Source: Eledone cirrhosa (taxonomy: Eukaryota). From it: 64,000 nt of DNA. The stretch lies in contig OZ024743.1 in NCBI GenBank assembly GCA_964016885.1, forward strand, positions 50,530,001 through 50,594,000, read 5' to 3'. A program made the translations under genes and the position numbers. The notes below the pieces were generated by a model. It had not been told where the DNA came from. It searched no databases and worked only from the letters and a program-made list of their open reading frames with translations. Positions 40,613 to 55,359 of the stretch are shown one piece after another (the stretch's first letter is position 1; every line of letters begins with the position of its first letter).

Positions 40613-42107
40613 TCTGCTTTGTATTGAGTACCTTACTTACTATGGTTACTCCCGATTGAACCCGGGATAAACTTATATATATATATTATCTTACTACAAC
40701 TTGATCTATATTGTATTTCCCCTACACTGTGATTCCTTCCTCCGATACGTTCTTATATACTTCCGTCTTTCTACATCCCTAGTTATTTACTTTTATTAAT
40801 TTTTTTATTAATTTATTAATGTATTTTTATCAATGTATTCTTTATCTTTGTATTTTATCTTTATATTTGTATTTTATCTTTGTATCCTGCTTAAAATAAA
40901 GTACCAGTAATGTACTGGTTAATTGCTGGCCTTGTGCCAAAAGTAGAAACAATTATTTTTTTGTAACTTTCCTTACTCAGGTCATTATGCACCTTTCATA
41001 GCCCCCTACCCACCTAAGAACCACACTACTTATAACCCGGATTAACTGGGACTTTAAAATAATTTTGGTCTATTTGCACTTTTCATTGGGTTGCTACCTT
41101 CGACTTATGAGGTGGCTTTTCCCGGCTGCGCGCTGGGCACTCGGAAAGTTCAGCCTTCCTTGAGTGCTCGGAAAAATAAATATCTCCTCTTTCTGTAAAC
41201 GAAATTACTCGGAGCGACTTGCTTTGCCCCGGTCCCACCGCGCCGCCTGTTTTGGCCGCCATATTATACTTATACCTATAAACTCCAGGTTTAGGCATAA
41301 CTATTAGCTGTATCATGCCTCTATTGGCACGTAAATAAGCCCCTCATGTGTGAATTAATAATATTCGTTTGGTATAGACGATGGCCTGTCGAAATTGTAG
41401 ACTTCCCGCTAGCGCTCCCGGGGCCTGAGGTAGCTACGTTCCTAGAGTACTCGGAAAAATTAATTTCCATTTCTTTCGCTGGATGATACCACTCGAAACT
41501 GGCTGACTCATGGTAGTGGTGTTGGCTGGGACTCACAATCGAAATCTTTACTCTATATCCCATCCTGATATCTTATCGAGATTAATTTTTTCATATAAGA
41601 CTCTCTCTGTAAGTTCATTAAATAAATCTCGCTACCTTAACCTTTAATTTTCTAATAATTTATTTTTCAATTTATCATTTTGCAATTTAATATTTTTTAA
41701 TTTAATTTAATTTAATTTCATACTATAACTCGTAACATAAATTTAACGTTCCAATTTTCGGTTCACACATTAGACCACACAGACACCCATTATATATGCC
41801 TTTGTTAAATATAGATTCTTTGGAGTAGCATTTTTCGCGGCATTTTCTAGCATGAATGTAGTGTGACCCTTACGCTGACTTCTTTCTTCCTTTTTTTCTT
41901 CTTTCTTCCTTTCTTTCTTCCCCTTTTTCTTTGACGGAGAGGTGGTAGTGCATTATAAGCCTTCGCCCCCTCGCCAGATGGTCATTAGTAGATTCAGTTG
42001 CCATCACTTTGAGGGCGACTGGCCGAGGTGAAGGCAGCTAGTTGGTCAGTCGTCCTCTTTGTCGCTGTCCCTGATTTTTCAGACCCATGGTTTTTTGTTA
42101 TATTCCA

Positions 42108-42165
42108 ATACCTGATGATATCACCGGATTCATATGGAACCCGGTCATTGAAATGATCATAGTAT
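42108..42165 (+). ncRNA. Type I hammerhead ribozyme (minimal, palindromic loop III)
   Basis: ATAC-CTGATGA-TATCACCGG..CCGGTCATT-GAAA-TGATCA-TA-GTAT. Confidence 0.78.
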
Positions 42166-42296
42166 AAAAAACCTTTCAAGGATTTACACCAGTCCAGCCT
42201 CCTGTTATTTTATTTATATATATATATGAAAAAAGTCAGGATTCCGACGGCTGAGCTCCGGCCGTTTCGACAGCTAGATCCGAACTAAGGCACCAG

Positions 42297-42363
<67 letters not shown>

Positions 42364-42459
42364 ATGCACGGTGTGCTGTGTGATATTTCCATTATCATGA
42401 CATCTCTCTAACTAGACACGCTCTGTCTGTCGATATTTCCATTATTATTACACATCCAT

Positions 42460-42641
42460 GGGCGGTGGATTGGCAGTATCGGTAGAGTGTCGGACGCCAT
42501 GCTTTGACGCATAGAGTTACGGCCCAGATAGAATGCCTTGCGGTATTCATTTCGGTTCTCTTCTCTCAAATCCCGCCGAGGTAAACTTTGCCTTTCATCC
42601 ATTTGAGGTCGATAAAAACAACAGTACCAGTCTAGTACTGG
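42460..42641 (+). mobile_element. Family A SINE (diverged)
   Basis: GGCGGTGGATTGGCAGTATCGGTAGAG...TTTGCCTTTCATCC. Confidence 0.8.
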
Positions 42642-42910
42642 TAGATTCTTACTCTAAATCTCTTTTTCACTTCCATTCTTTCACTTTGTCTATCCTTCTC
42701 TGAAAGAAATTTGCTGTATTCAGACCTGGAGAGACTCCGCCATGTTTTCTTTTTAAATGCCCTAGAAATGCCGTATGACAGAACAGCGCCCCTACGACTC
42801 CGCCACGAGTTAGAGGAAGAAGTATTTTTATTTATGTATTTATGTGGTTTTATTTATACCACCAACTTTACCTGCCCTACGACGTATAACACTCTATTAT
42901 ATATGATAGA

Positions 42911-43125
42911 AGGGCGGTGGATTGGCAGTATCGGTAGAGGGTCGGACGCCATGCTTTGCCGCACAGTGTTACGGCCCTTTCCATTCTGAATTCAAATCCC
43001 GCCGAGGTTAACTTTGCCTTTCATCCTTACGGGGTCGATAAAATAAAGTACCAGTCACGCACTGGAGTCGATTTAATCGACTTTCTCCTCCCCCAAAATT
43101 GCTGGCCTTGTGCCTATATAAGAAA
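42911..43125 (+). mobile_element. Family A SINE (near full length)
   Basis: Same head, B box and central domain as the other family A copies. Confidence 0.85.
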
Positions 43126-43189
43126 CCATCATTACATGTCCCTAATTAAACACTCTCTGTTTGCCATCGTCTATATCATTTAACAATGT

Positions 43190-43285
43190 CAAACTGGAGT
43201 AACGTGAAATAAAATGTCTTGCTCAAGTATATAAGGTGTCACCCTGTCCAGGAATCGAACTTACAATCTTACGTTCATCCAAAAT
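43190..43285 (-). mobile_element. SINE fragment (CORE-like family)
   Basis: ACTGGAGTAACGTGAAATAAAATGTCTTGCTCAAG..GGAATCGAAC. Confidence 0.6.
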
Positions 43286-43683
43286 TAACCGTCTCCAACC
43301 AGTGCATCATGGTAATTACAGACGTCCAAGGCAAATATTGTCAACCAACCACGATTCCGACGGTGGACACCACATATATGAGGACCAGACATTGTTCACT
43401 AGGCTGTTTGTGCAGTCCCGGGAAGTGTTCTGGCATAACTGCATCGCAAATAAATACTTTTGGTGGGCGGCGGAGCGCATGACAAACTAACGAGGGTATC
43501 TTTAAAGTAGGAGTTGTTGATGGCAATGAGTAGGGAAATCAACCCTGTTTGATGATAATGATTAAGATTGATGATCAGCGTGAAGGTAATCAGAGAAATA
43601 ATAAGTATGTCAGTCGGTAAGAAATAGTCTTGTTAGGAAATTTGTAATTTTCCTGGCCACGTTAGTGTCAAGTCGCTAATTAA

Positions 43684-43900
43684 CCCTCTAGCATTTAAAC
43701 CGGCCGTATCCGGCCAGAATTCTCTCACCACTTTCTGTTCAAACTGGCTGTAACTGGCCGCTCATACTGATATTAAGGTATTGTTTTCAAAATAAATCAT
43801 ATCAAAACCTCATAGCTTTGATATTATGTGAGATAATTATTTGAGGTAAAGCCTTTACCATGAAAATATAGTAAATGCTAATAATGTAAATGCTAAAGGG
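43684..43900. mobile_element. piggyBac-like MITE
   Basis: TTAA target site duplication on both sides. TIRs are CCCTCTAGCATTTA and TAAATGCTAAAGGG. Confidence 0.8.
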
Positions 43901-43990
43901 TTAAGGGACCTCATTCTAAGAAATAACACACTTCCTTCACGGATGTATTTCTCGAAAGGTCTCCCATGCAAATATATACATTTCCAGATG

Positions 43991-44189
43991 TACGAGGGTA
44001 GGCAGAAACGTTTCATAGCTTATGAAGGAGTGATGCTAGAGCTGTGAAGGTTTGCATGCATTAATTGCAACACTTTTTATTAATAACTACATTGTTTCAT
44101 TCTAGGGACTATGTTTAAAAATAAACCTCATTTGGTCATTCCATGAGAGTATCTTGGTCAGCCTATGAATTTTTCAGTCGGCCCTCGTA
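43991..44189. mobile_element. Tc1/mariner-like MITE
   Basis: TA-CGAGGGTAGGCAGAAA..TTCATAG and CCTATGAATTTTTCAGTCGGCCCTCG-TA form imperfect TIRs with a TA target site duplication. Confidence 0.75.
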
Positions 44190-44224
44190 TGATGACTTCA
44201 TATTTGCATGTAATTGTGCATATT

Positions 44225-44352
<128 letters not shown>

Positions 44353-44379
44353 TACATATATATATATATACATATATAC

Positions 44380-44516
<137 letters not shown>

Positions 44517-44647
44517 CAGGCGTATATACACATACATATTCATAACACACACACACACACACATGTATATTTCAGTCTTGAACTAGCTGTTGAAACGGCA
44601 AGAGCTCAGCCGTCGGGTCCCAACACACACACACACACGCATATATA

Positions 44648-45339
44648 TATAGCTCTGGTTCATCTGAATCATTGAGCACTTGCCTCACATCTCGGAGGTT
44701 GTTTTTCGTTATTTCGTGGGCCGAAATGCGAATCTCGATAATTTATGTTTGTATTTATCTCCAGACTCTAGCAATTGACCAGTTAATTTTCTTGATTTTT
44801 TAGTTGTTTCTATTGACTGATGAATAGCTTATGTTAATTTTAACCCTTCTGTTGAGAACTCTATTCGATTTGTGATGTTTTTGCATTCTTGCAAAAATAT
44901 ACACAACTGAATTTATTCGCCTGATATAGGGGCTGCCTCCCTTGCCGATCCCCATGTGGAGTCAGCAATAGTCAGTCCTTGTATTAACATTGAACTAAAA
45001 CCTGTTGAGAAAGTGGCTTCCTTGTTCAATCATCTTACCAGAAGCCTGACATTATTTATGTAAGCGGACGGTACTTGATTTAGGATCCGCAGAAACCCAA
45101 ATACTGGATTTTACCAACCTTCCAGGGGTCCAGGTAAATTTTCAATACCCGAATTACTTGATCGTTTTTTTTTTTTTGGCTATGCGAATGATTGTTTAAC
45201 CATCGTCTCAGTGTGTTTGGTCTTTAACGTTTGTTATAGCTCTGGTTCATCTGAATCATTGAGCACTTGCCTCACATCTCGGAGGTTGTTTTTCGTTATT
45301 TCGTGGGCCGAAATGCGAATCTCGATAATTTATGTTTGT
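44648..45339. mobile_element. Element with identical 105-bp direct terminal repeats (44648-44752 and 45235-45339)
   Basis: Both copies read identically. (TA)n lies on both outer sides. Confidence 0.7.
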
Positions 45340-46142
45340 TTTTATATATATATATATATAAATTCATAAGGCAACACACAACTATATTTCAGGCATATAT
45401 ACGTACACCCATCTTCAACATACACAAACAAACACTCATAAATGTATATACCCACATATTCATACACACACGCGCGCGCTGACGCATATATATATATATA
45501 TATATGAGGGACTAATTTTATAATATGTAATCCATGTGCAACCATGCAGTATTCTTCTCTTCTTGTTTTTCATATATATATATATAATTTTTCCCCGAGC
45601 TGTGGTTCGTCTTTTTCTATCACCTTTCTGCTATCCTCTTTCTCTCTCACCCTTCTCTCTCCTTGTACCTCTTGCTTTCATTCACTCCCTCTGCTGGTCA
45701 CACTCTCTCGGCTGGCCTCTTCCTCACACTTTCACTCACCCACTCTTTACTGCTCTCCCTCTCTCACTTACTCCCGTCTGACCTGTGTGAAATCCTTTTC
45801 TTGCTCACATTTCGCAGGGTTCGGACGCGTCTGCCGTCTTCTTGTCGTTGATTTGGTCGAACTTAAGTTCACATGTATCATTGACTTGTCTCTCATTTCC
45901 TCTCTTTACGTTGCATTACTACTTTTGTTTGTTTACTGTCCCTCTTTCTCCACCCAATTCGCTCTGTCCCAACAACCTATTTTAGTTATTGCTCGCACTG
46001 ATTTTGAGGTATCTGGTCTTTAATGCGAAGAAATACCGATGATAGTCAGAAGATCACTGATGATGGACAGTCCTGTTTCTTGTTCTATGTTTCATTCATA
46101 TGTATCACACTCGCAACAACGCAGCCCGCCATTTTTTCATTC

Positions 46143-46175
<33 letters not shown>

Positions 46176-46180
46176 CGCGC

Positions 46181-46303
<123 letters not shown>

Positions 46304-46862
46304 TGTGCGTGTGCGCGCGTGTGTATAAGGTTTAGGATGGTGGTTAGGACGGAACAAGAGGAGAAAAGAAGAAAAAATCCGTGATCCAGATGCTTCGGCG
46401 CTGAATTACAGGACATCTGTAGCGATCGGGTGCGCCCAAGGTCTTTTATTAATCAAAAGGCCAGGAGGAAAAGAAGAGAAAAAGGAGGGAAAAAAAATGA
46501 GAGAAAAGGGAAGGAAAAAGAGGGAAAAGATGAAGAAGAACAAAAAAGGGGTGTGGGTGAGGAGAGAGGAAGAAAGAGAGAAGGGAAAAAAGGAGAAGAA
46601 AATGAGAAAAAAACAGGTGAACAGATCCCATCGTGGGAAGACAGAGGACAAAGAAACAAGCAAATGAGTAACCGTGAAAAAATAGGATAAGAAGTTATCG
46701 CCAACCTGATAGACTTAAGCCTAATTGTGTTGATTCTCTCGTAGACGAGAGAGAACATATATGTATATATCTCCACATGATGCCTTTGACACTAATAACA
46801 ACTATATACCCTAAATGTTCCAAATGACTAGGATTCTAGCTACACGTTTTTGACATTCCTTA

Positions 46863-46909
46863 AGCTCCGATGATTCCAGACTTCCCTCTGGAAGAAACAA
46901 TTGTCAGCT
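46863..46909 (+). ncRNA. Type I hammerhead ribozyme, variant core CCGATGA
   Basis: AGCT-CCGATGA-TTCCAGA-cttccc-TCTGGAA-GAAA-CAATTG-TC-AGCT. Stem II is a perfect 7 bp and the cleavage triplet is GUC. Confidence 0.7.
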
Positions 46910-46949
46910 AATAAATGTTCTAAACTAACATTTGATCGTTTTAACACTT

Positions 46950-47040
<91 letters not shown>

Positions 47041-47502
47041 TCATGTGTCTGTGTTTATTTTATGAGCAACTTGTTCCGTTGATCGAACAGTTGGAACACT
47101 CATCGTCGACAACGACTGGAGTCCATTCCAATTCTACTGTTACATTGGCGTTGTATTTATTAGGAAACATTGCTGAGAATAACATCACTTATATGATATG
47201 GATCTCAACAGCTTATATGATATCGATCTCTATAGCTTATATTACATTTCTGGAATAATCTTGATACCATTTCATTGTATTTTCAAATCAATCGATATTG
47301 ATAGAAACACTATAAGAAAGGTGGTCGTATTTCCTATATGATCGATCTAAAATCGATGCAGCAAGAACACTTACATTCTTTCAAGGTCTCTCATGAGATG
47401 AAAGCTAGTCGTTGTCGTTGCTGCTGCTGCTGCTGCTGTTGTTGTTGTTGTTGTTGTTTTCTATGTACACTAAACTATTGTATTGTATATATTTAGTGTG
47501 AT

Positions 47503-47650
47503 GGAATAAGGTTTTAACGGAATACTGTCTTATCGGAATACTGTCTTATCGGAATACTGTCTTATCGTAATACTATCTTATCGGAGTAATGTTTTATCGG
47601 AATAATGTTTTATCGGAATAATGTCTTATCGGAATAAGGTGTTAACGGAA
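47503..47650. repeat. 16-bp minisatellite CGGAATACTGTCTTAT, about 9 copies
   Basis: Seen directly. Confidence 0.88.
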
Positions 47651-47729
47651 TATTGGAATATTGGGTGAAAAGCGAACAACCTTGAGCTATAAACCAACAT
47701 TTAGTTGATGTATGATAATACTCCAAGGA

Positions 47730-50700
47730 CAACACCACACTATACATATACTATACTATACTGTATTATATTATACTATACTATATTATACTCTACTATT
47801 ATACTATACTATACTATACTATACTATACTATACTATACTATACTATACTATACTATACTATACTATACTATACTATACTCCATTACACTGTATCACACT
47901 GGACTGCACCATTTTACTCTACACTATACTACACCACACTACACCACACTACACCAAACTACACCAAACTACACCCCACCACACTACACCACACTACACC
48001 ACACTACACTACACTACACCACGCTACATCGCACTACACCACACTACTCCATACTACACTACACCACACTACACTACACAACACTACACTACACTACACC
48101 ACACAACACCACACTACACCAGACCACACTACACCACACTACATAACACTACACCACACTACACTACACCACACAACACTACATAACACCACACCACACT
48201 ACACCATAATACACCACACTACACCACACTACACCACACTACACCACACTACATTACACCACACTACACCACACTACACCACACAACACCACACTACACC
48301 ACACAACACTACACAACACCACACTACACCACACAACACCACACTACACAACACAACACTACCCCACACTACACCACACTACACCAGACCACACTACACT
48401 ATACCACACTACACCAGACCACACTACACAAAACCACAATACATCACACTACACCACACTACAACACATCACGCTACACCACACCACACAACAATACACC
48501 TCACTCCACTACACCACACTACACCACACTACACAACACCACACTACATCACACTACACTACACAACACCACACTACATCACATCACACTACATCACATC
48601 ACACTACACCACACTACACTACACCACACTACACTACACCACACTACACTACACTACACAATACCACACTACATCACACTACACTACACTACACTACACC
48701 ACACCACACTACACTACACTACACCGCACTACGCCACACTACACCACACTACACCACACTACACCACAATACACTACACTACACCACACTACACCAGAAT
48801 ACACTACACCACACTACACTACACCACACTACACCACACTACATCACTCTACACTATACTACACCACACTACACCATACTACACCACACTACACCACACT
48901 ACACTACACCACACTACACCACACTACACCACAACACACTACACCACACCACACCATACTACACTACACTACACTACACTACACTACACTACACTACACT
49001 ACACTACACCACACCACACTACACTACAACACACTACACCACACACCACACCAAACTACACTGCACCACACTACATCACACTACACTACACTACACCAAA
49101 CTACACACACTACACTACACATACTACACCGCACTACACCCTACTACATTACACTACACCACACTACACTACACTACACCACACTACACTACACCACAGT
49201 ACACTACACCACACTACACCAAACTACGTCACACCACACTACACCACACTACACCACACCACACTACACTACACTACACCACACTACACCACACTAGACC
49301 GCACTACACCACACCACACTATACCAAACTACGTCACACCACACTACACCACAGTACACTACACCACACTACACCACACGACACCACACTACACCACAGT
49401 ACACTACACCACACTACACCACACTACACTACACCACACTACAATACACCACAGTACACTACACCACATTACACCACACTACACTACACTACACCACACT
49501 ACACTACACCACAGTACACTACACCACACCACACTACACCAAACTACGTCACACCACACTACACCACACTACACTACACCACACTACACTACACCACACT
49601 ACACCACAGTACACTACACCACACTACACCACACTACACTACACCACACTACACTACACCACAGTACACTACACCACACTACACTACACTACACCACACT
49701 ACACTACACCACAGTACACTACACCACACTACACCAAACTACGTCACACCACACTACACCACACTACACCACACCACACTACACTACACTACACCACACT
49801 ACACCACACTAGACCGCACTACACCACACCATACCAAACTACGTCACACCACACTACACCACAGTACACTACACCACACTACACCACACGACACCACACT
49901 ACACCACAGTACACTACACCACACTACACCACACTACACTACACCACACTACAATACACCACAGTACACTACACCACATTACACCACACTACACTACACT
50001 ACACCACACTACACTACACCACAGTACACTACACCACACCACACTACACCAAACTACGTCACACCACACTACACCACACTACACTACACCACACTACACT
50101 ACACCACACTACACCACAGTACACTACACCACACTACACCACACTACACTACACCACACTACACTACACCACAGTACACTACACCACACTACACTACACC
50201 ACACTACACTACACCACAGTACACTACACCACACCACACTAGACCAAACTACTTCACACCACACTACACACACTACACCACACCACAGTACACTACACCA
50301 CACTACACCACAGTACACTACACTACACTACACTACACTACACTACACCACAGTACACTACACCACACCACACTACACCAAACTACGTCACACCACACTA
50401 TACACACTACACCACACCACACCACACCACACTACACCACACTACACCACAGTACACTACACCACACTACACCACACTACACTACACCACACTACACTAC
50501 ACCAGAGTACACTACACCACACCATGCTACACCAAACTACGTCACACCACACTACACTACACCACAGTACACTACATCACACCACACTACACCAAACTAC
50601 GTCACACCACACTATACACACTACACCACACCACACTACACTACACCACACTACACCACATCACGCTACACCACACAACAATACACCACACTCCACTACA

Positions 50701-52570
50701 CCACACTACACCACACTACACAACACCACACTACATCACACTACACTACACAACACCACACTACATCACATCACACTACACCACACTACACCACACTACA
50801 CTACACCACACTACACTACACTACACAATACCACACTAGATCACACTACACTACACTACACCACACCACACTACACTACACTACACCGCACTACGCCACA
50901 CTACACCACACTACACCACACTACACCACAATACACTACACTACACCGCACTACACCACACTACACCACAATACACCACACTACTCCATACTACACTACA
51001 CCACACTACACTACACCACACTACACTACAGTACACCACACTACACCTCACTACACCAGAATACACACCACACTACACTACACCACACTACACCACACTA
51101 CATCACTCTACACTATACTACGCCACACTACACCATACTACACCACACTACACCACACTACACTACACCACACTACACCACACCACACTACACCACACCA
51201 CACCATACTACACTACACCACACTACACTACACTACACTACACCACACCACACTACACTACAACACACTACACCACACACCACACCAAACTACACTGCAC
51301 CACACTACATCACACTACACTACACTACACTAAACTACACACACTACACTACACATACTACACCACACTACACCCTACTACACTACACTACACCACACTA
51401 CACTACACCACAGTACACTACACCACACTACACCAAACTACGTCACACCACACTACACCACACTACACCACACCACACTACACTACACCACACTACACCA
51501 CACTACACCACACCACACTATACCAAACTACGTCACACCACACTACACCACAGTACACTACACCACACTACACCACACTACACCACACTACACTACACCA
51601 CAGTACACTACACCACACTACACCACACTACACTACACCACACTACAATACACCACAGTACACTACACCACATTACACCACACTACACTACACTACACCA
51701 CACTACACTACACCACAGTACACTACACCACACCACACTACACCAAACTACGTCACACCACACTACACCACACTACACTACACCACACTACACTACACCA
51801 CACTACACCACAGTACACTGCACCACACTACACCACACTACACTACACCACACTACACTACACCATAGTACACTACACCACACTACACTACACCACACTA
51901 CACTACACCACAGTACACTACACCACACCACACTAGACCAAACTACTTCACACCACACTACACACACTACACCACACCACAGTACACTACACTACACCAC
52001 ACTACACTACACCACAGTACACTACACCACACCACACTACACCAAACTACGTCACACCACACTATACACACTACACCACACCACACTACACTACACCACA
52101 CTACACCACAGTACACTACACCACACTACACCACACTACACTACACCACACTACACTACACCAGGGTACACTACACCACACCACGCTACACCAAACTACG
52201 TCACACCACACTACACTACACCACAGTACACTACACCACACTACACTACACCACACCACACTACACTACACCAGGGTACACTACACCACACCACGCTACA
52301 CCAAACTACGTCACACCACACTACACTACACCACAGTACACTACATCACACCACACTACACCAAACTACGTCACACCACACTATACACACTACACCACAC
52401 CACACTACACTACACCACACTACACCACAGTACACTACACCACACTACACCACACTACACTACACCACACTACACTACACCAGAGTACACTACGCCACAC
52501 CACACTACACCAAACTACGTCACACCACACTACACCACACTACACCACACCACACCACACTACACTACAC
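47730..52570. repeat. 5-bp satellite (TACTA)n grading into (CACTA/CACCA)n with higher-order blocks
   Basis: Seen directly. Rare marker AGACCGCAC occurs at 49296 and 49811. Confidence 0.97.
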
Positions 52571-52667
52571 AAGGGAGTGGGTGATGACTACAGAAAGTAG
52601 CATCTAACAATCGCTACACCAGTGTGTCTATATGTATACCGAATTGGCCACACACGTTGGCTGTTAT

Positions 52668-52732
52668 GATTAGCCTGGTCTGTGGCAATGGTCGTGAGTA
52701 GGGAGATAGTCCTAGGGCCGAGGACACCAGAA

Positions 52733-52734
<2 letters not shown>
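52668..52734 (-). mobile_element. Short CRE-like endonuclease fragment
   Basis: TSGVLGPRTISLLTTIA, matching 28705-28728 at the DNA level. Confidence 0.55.
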
Positions 52735-52787
<53 letters not shown>

Positions 52788-53218
52788 TGTGTGTGTGTGT
52801 GTGTGCGTGTATGTGTGTGTGTGTGTGTGTTTCTATATGTCCTAAAGAAAACCCGGGTTAAGAAAACGGTAAGATGCTATTTGAGAGAATTTAGCTGCTA
52901 TTTCTAGTAGGTCGAACGAGGTCGTAGATGATTCCCTGGTGGTTTCATGGGAGATAGCCAACATTGATGAAAGAGATCGATACGAGGACAAGAAGAATAC
53001 AACAGCCAATCTTTGAAGTATTCACAGTAGAAATCGATACCGTCCATATTGTGCCAAACTGTTTAAATTTATCAATCTCGCTATCGGACATATCTAAACA
53101 AAAACCTATACAAGGAAGATATTTTCTTTTCTGTATTTTTATACTGAAAAATGACAAAACTATCTGAACAAAGACCTCGCCCAACATAGTATATATATAT
53201 GTGTGTGCGTATATATAT

Positions 53219-53835
53219 ACTAGCCGAATTACCCGCGCCTGGCTGCGTTTCACACATTTATTTTGTAAGAAAATGATGATTGACTTTAAATCAGTGATAT
53301 AATTTATGGAGAAAAACTCTGCATTTCAATATTACTCAATGTAAAATGTAATGCATGAAAAATTAGGAAACAATATTTTTGGGTGGATTGGCAGTATCGG
53401 TAGAGGGTCGGAAGCCATGCTTTGCAACACAGTTACGTCCCTTTACGGACTGAGTTCAAATCCTGCCGAGGTTAATTTTGCCTTTCATCCTTACGGGGTC
53501 GATAAAATAAAGCACCAGTAATACACTGGGATAATTGCTGGCCTTGTGCCAAAAGTAGACACAATTATTTTTTGTAATATATCAAATCAAAATTACAAAA
53601 TATCAATTCAAAACTTTTTGTGAATAGGCATCTTATCTTCTCATTTACCTATGGTTTAAATTTCATATACATCGAAGGGGGTTTGAGCCCCCGGGGAACC
53701 TTTTGATTAAAATGAAATATACGTAAGAAATCAAATGAGCACACGTGTCAAGTTTCATCAAGATTAGTTTGGTAGTTTTTTGTGTTTTAGGTTCACAAAC
53801 AAATCCACAAACAGACAGAAATTGCCATTTATGTA
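53219..53835 (-). mobile_element. Helitron-like non-autonomous element with a nested family A SINE (53380-53570, +)
   Basis: ACTAGCCGAATTACCCGCG.. end resembles 10842. The SINE is near-identical to 9771. Confidence 0.55.
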
Positions 53836-53842
53836 TATATAT

Positions 53843-53934
<92 letters not shown>

Positions 53935-54119
53935 TGATTGCTTTTGAAAACAGCTGGTGATCTGCATGTAAGTAAATATTCTCTTTATCTGATATTTTTA
54001 ACTAACCTTACATAGATCAATAACGAAGTATAGCTACAATGTATTATCATCATCTAGAAACGATCGTAAAGCAGTGAAGTATATCTCTAATGACTTGATT
54101 TTTTATTTAATTGTTTTAA

Positions 54120-54188
<69 letters not shown>

Positions 54189-54431
54189 GGGGTAACAAAT
54201 AATAGTTATATGCATACCGAGTAACGTGAAAATAAGCGGATAGCGATCTCTAGATCTACCAGTTCAGAGAAACAATTGTCAGCAATGAGATTAAAAACCT
54301 TTTTTGTATAGCAAACCGTGTCACTCTTCTTTCCTGAATACGGTGAAAGATATATATTTTCTAATTTCAAACCTGCTCACTGTTTCAAAACATACTTACT
54401 TGCCATATATATATATATATATAACGAAGGG

Positions 54432-54720
54432 TTCCTATTACCCACTCTACTACCCTAAGTATTGAGTACTTTGGTGCGTTATGGTCCACCTGGTTCCTTA
54501 CCACATTTCCTTCGTTATCTAGCTCCTATTCCCGTAGTAGAGCACTTTCCGACCCTACCACGCCGTATCCAGACTTTTCCGCTAAGCTTTCACCCGCACC
54601 ATGCGACAACACAACATCGACTTCTCTACCAAGAACATCCCAATCCCACCGAAAAAACTTTACCTTCGGATGCTCACGCAAAAAATCGATCTATTTGCAA
54701 AAACTGGGGTCTTACTGGTT

Positions 54721-54722
<2 letters not shown>
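54432..54722 (+). mobile_element. PLE pseudo-LTR tail followed by the start of a PLE ORF (54601-54702)
   Basis: MRQHNIDFSTKNIPIPPKKLYLRMLTQKIDLFAK resembles the S-x-K-N-I-P-I-P N-terminus I recall from invertebrate PLE ORFs. Flanked by (TA)n. Confidence 0.6.
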
Positions 54723-54775
<53 letters not shown>

Positions 54776-55359
54776 TAAATTAACACTAAATAGAATTGAT
54801 AATAATTAAGGTTTTTTCGTGTTTCCCGAAAATGGAATGAGGGGACGAGTCGTGGGAGAAATGACAGCTTTTTATAGCACACAGGTACTGCTTGTTCATC
54901 TGTTATGCTATCTATATATAGTGAGAGGAACACTACTCCACCTCTCACTTAATCCACCTCCCCTATCACTCTAACTAAAACATTTCTGGATGTTTTTATA
55001 TAAACGATCAGACATGTGAATCACTCGTCACCGACTCGTTTTTTCGAAAACGGAGAAAGGGAGAGGGGGGTCCTTGCAGTTGCAGATAAGCACATCTCAA
55101 CCGTTTAAATTTATAGAAAATCACCCGTTGGGAATCGCGAAGATATTGTTTTTTCTTTTGCGTTTTCATGTATTTTCAACTAATCTGACCTCCGAAAACG
55201 GAATCGGGCTATTGGGGGTGAGGAAACCTCGGGTTTTCCCAGTCTCCGAGATTTCTTTAGTGGGAAAAACAGGCGGGAAGAGTGGGGGACCCTCGGAGTT
55301 ACAGATAAGCACTTCTCAGCCGTTTAGATTTATAGAAAAGCAATCCCTTGATACTGAAA

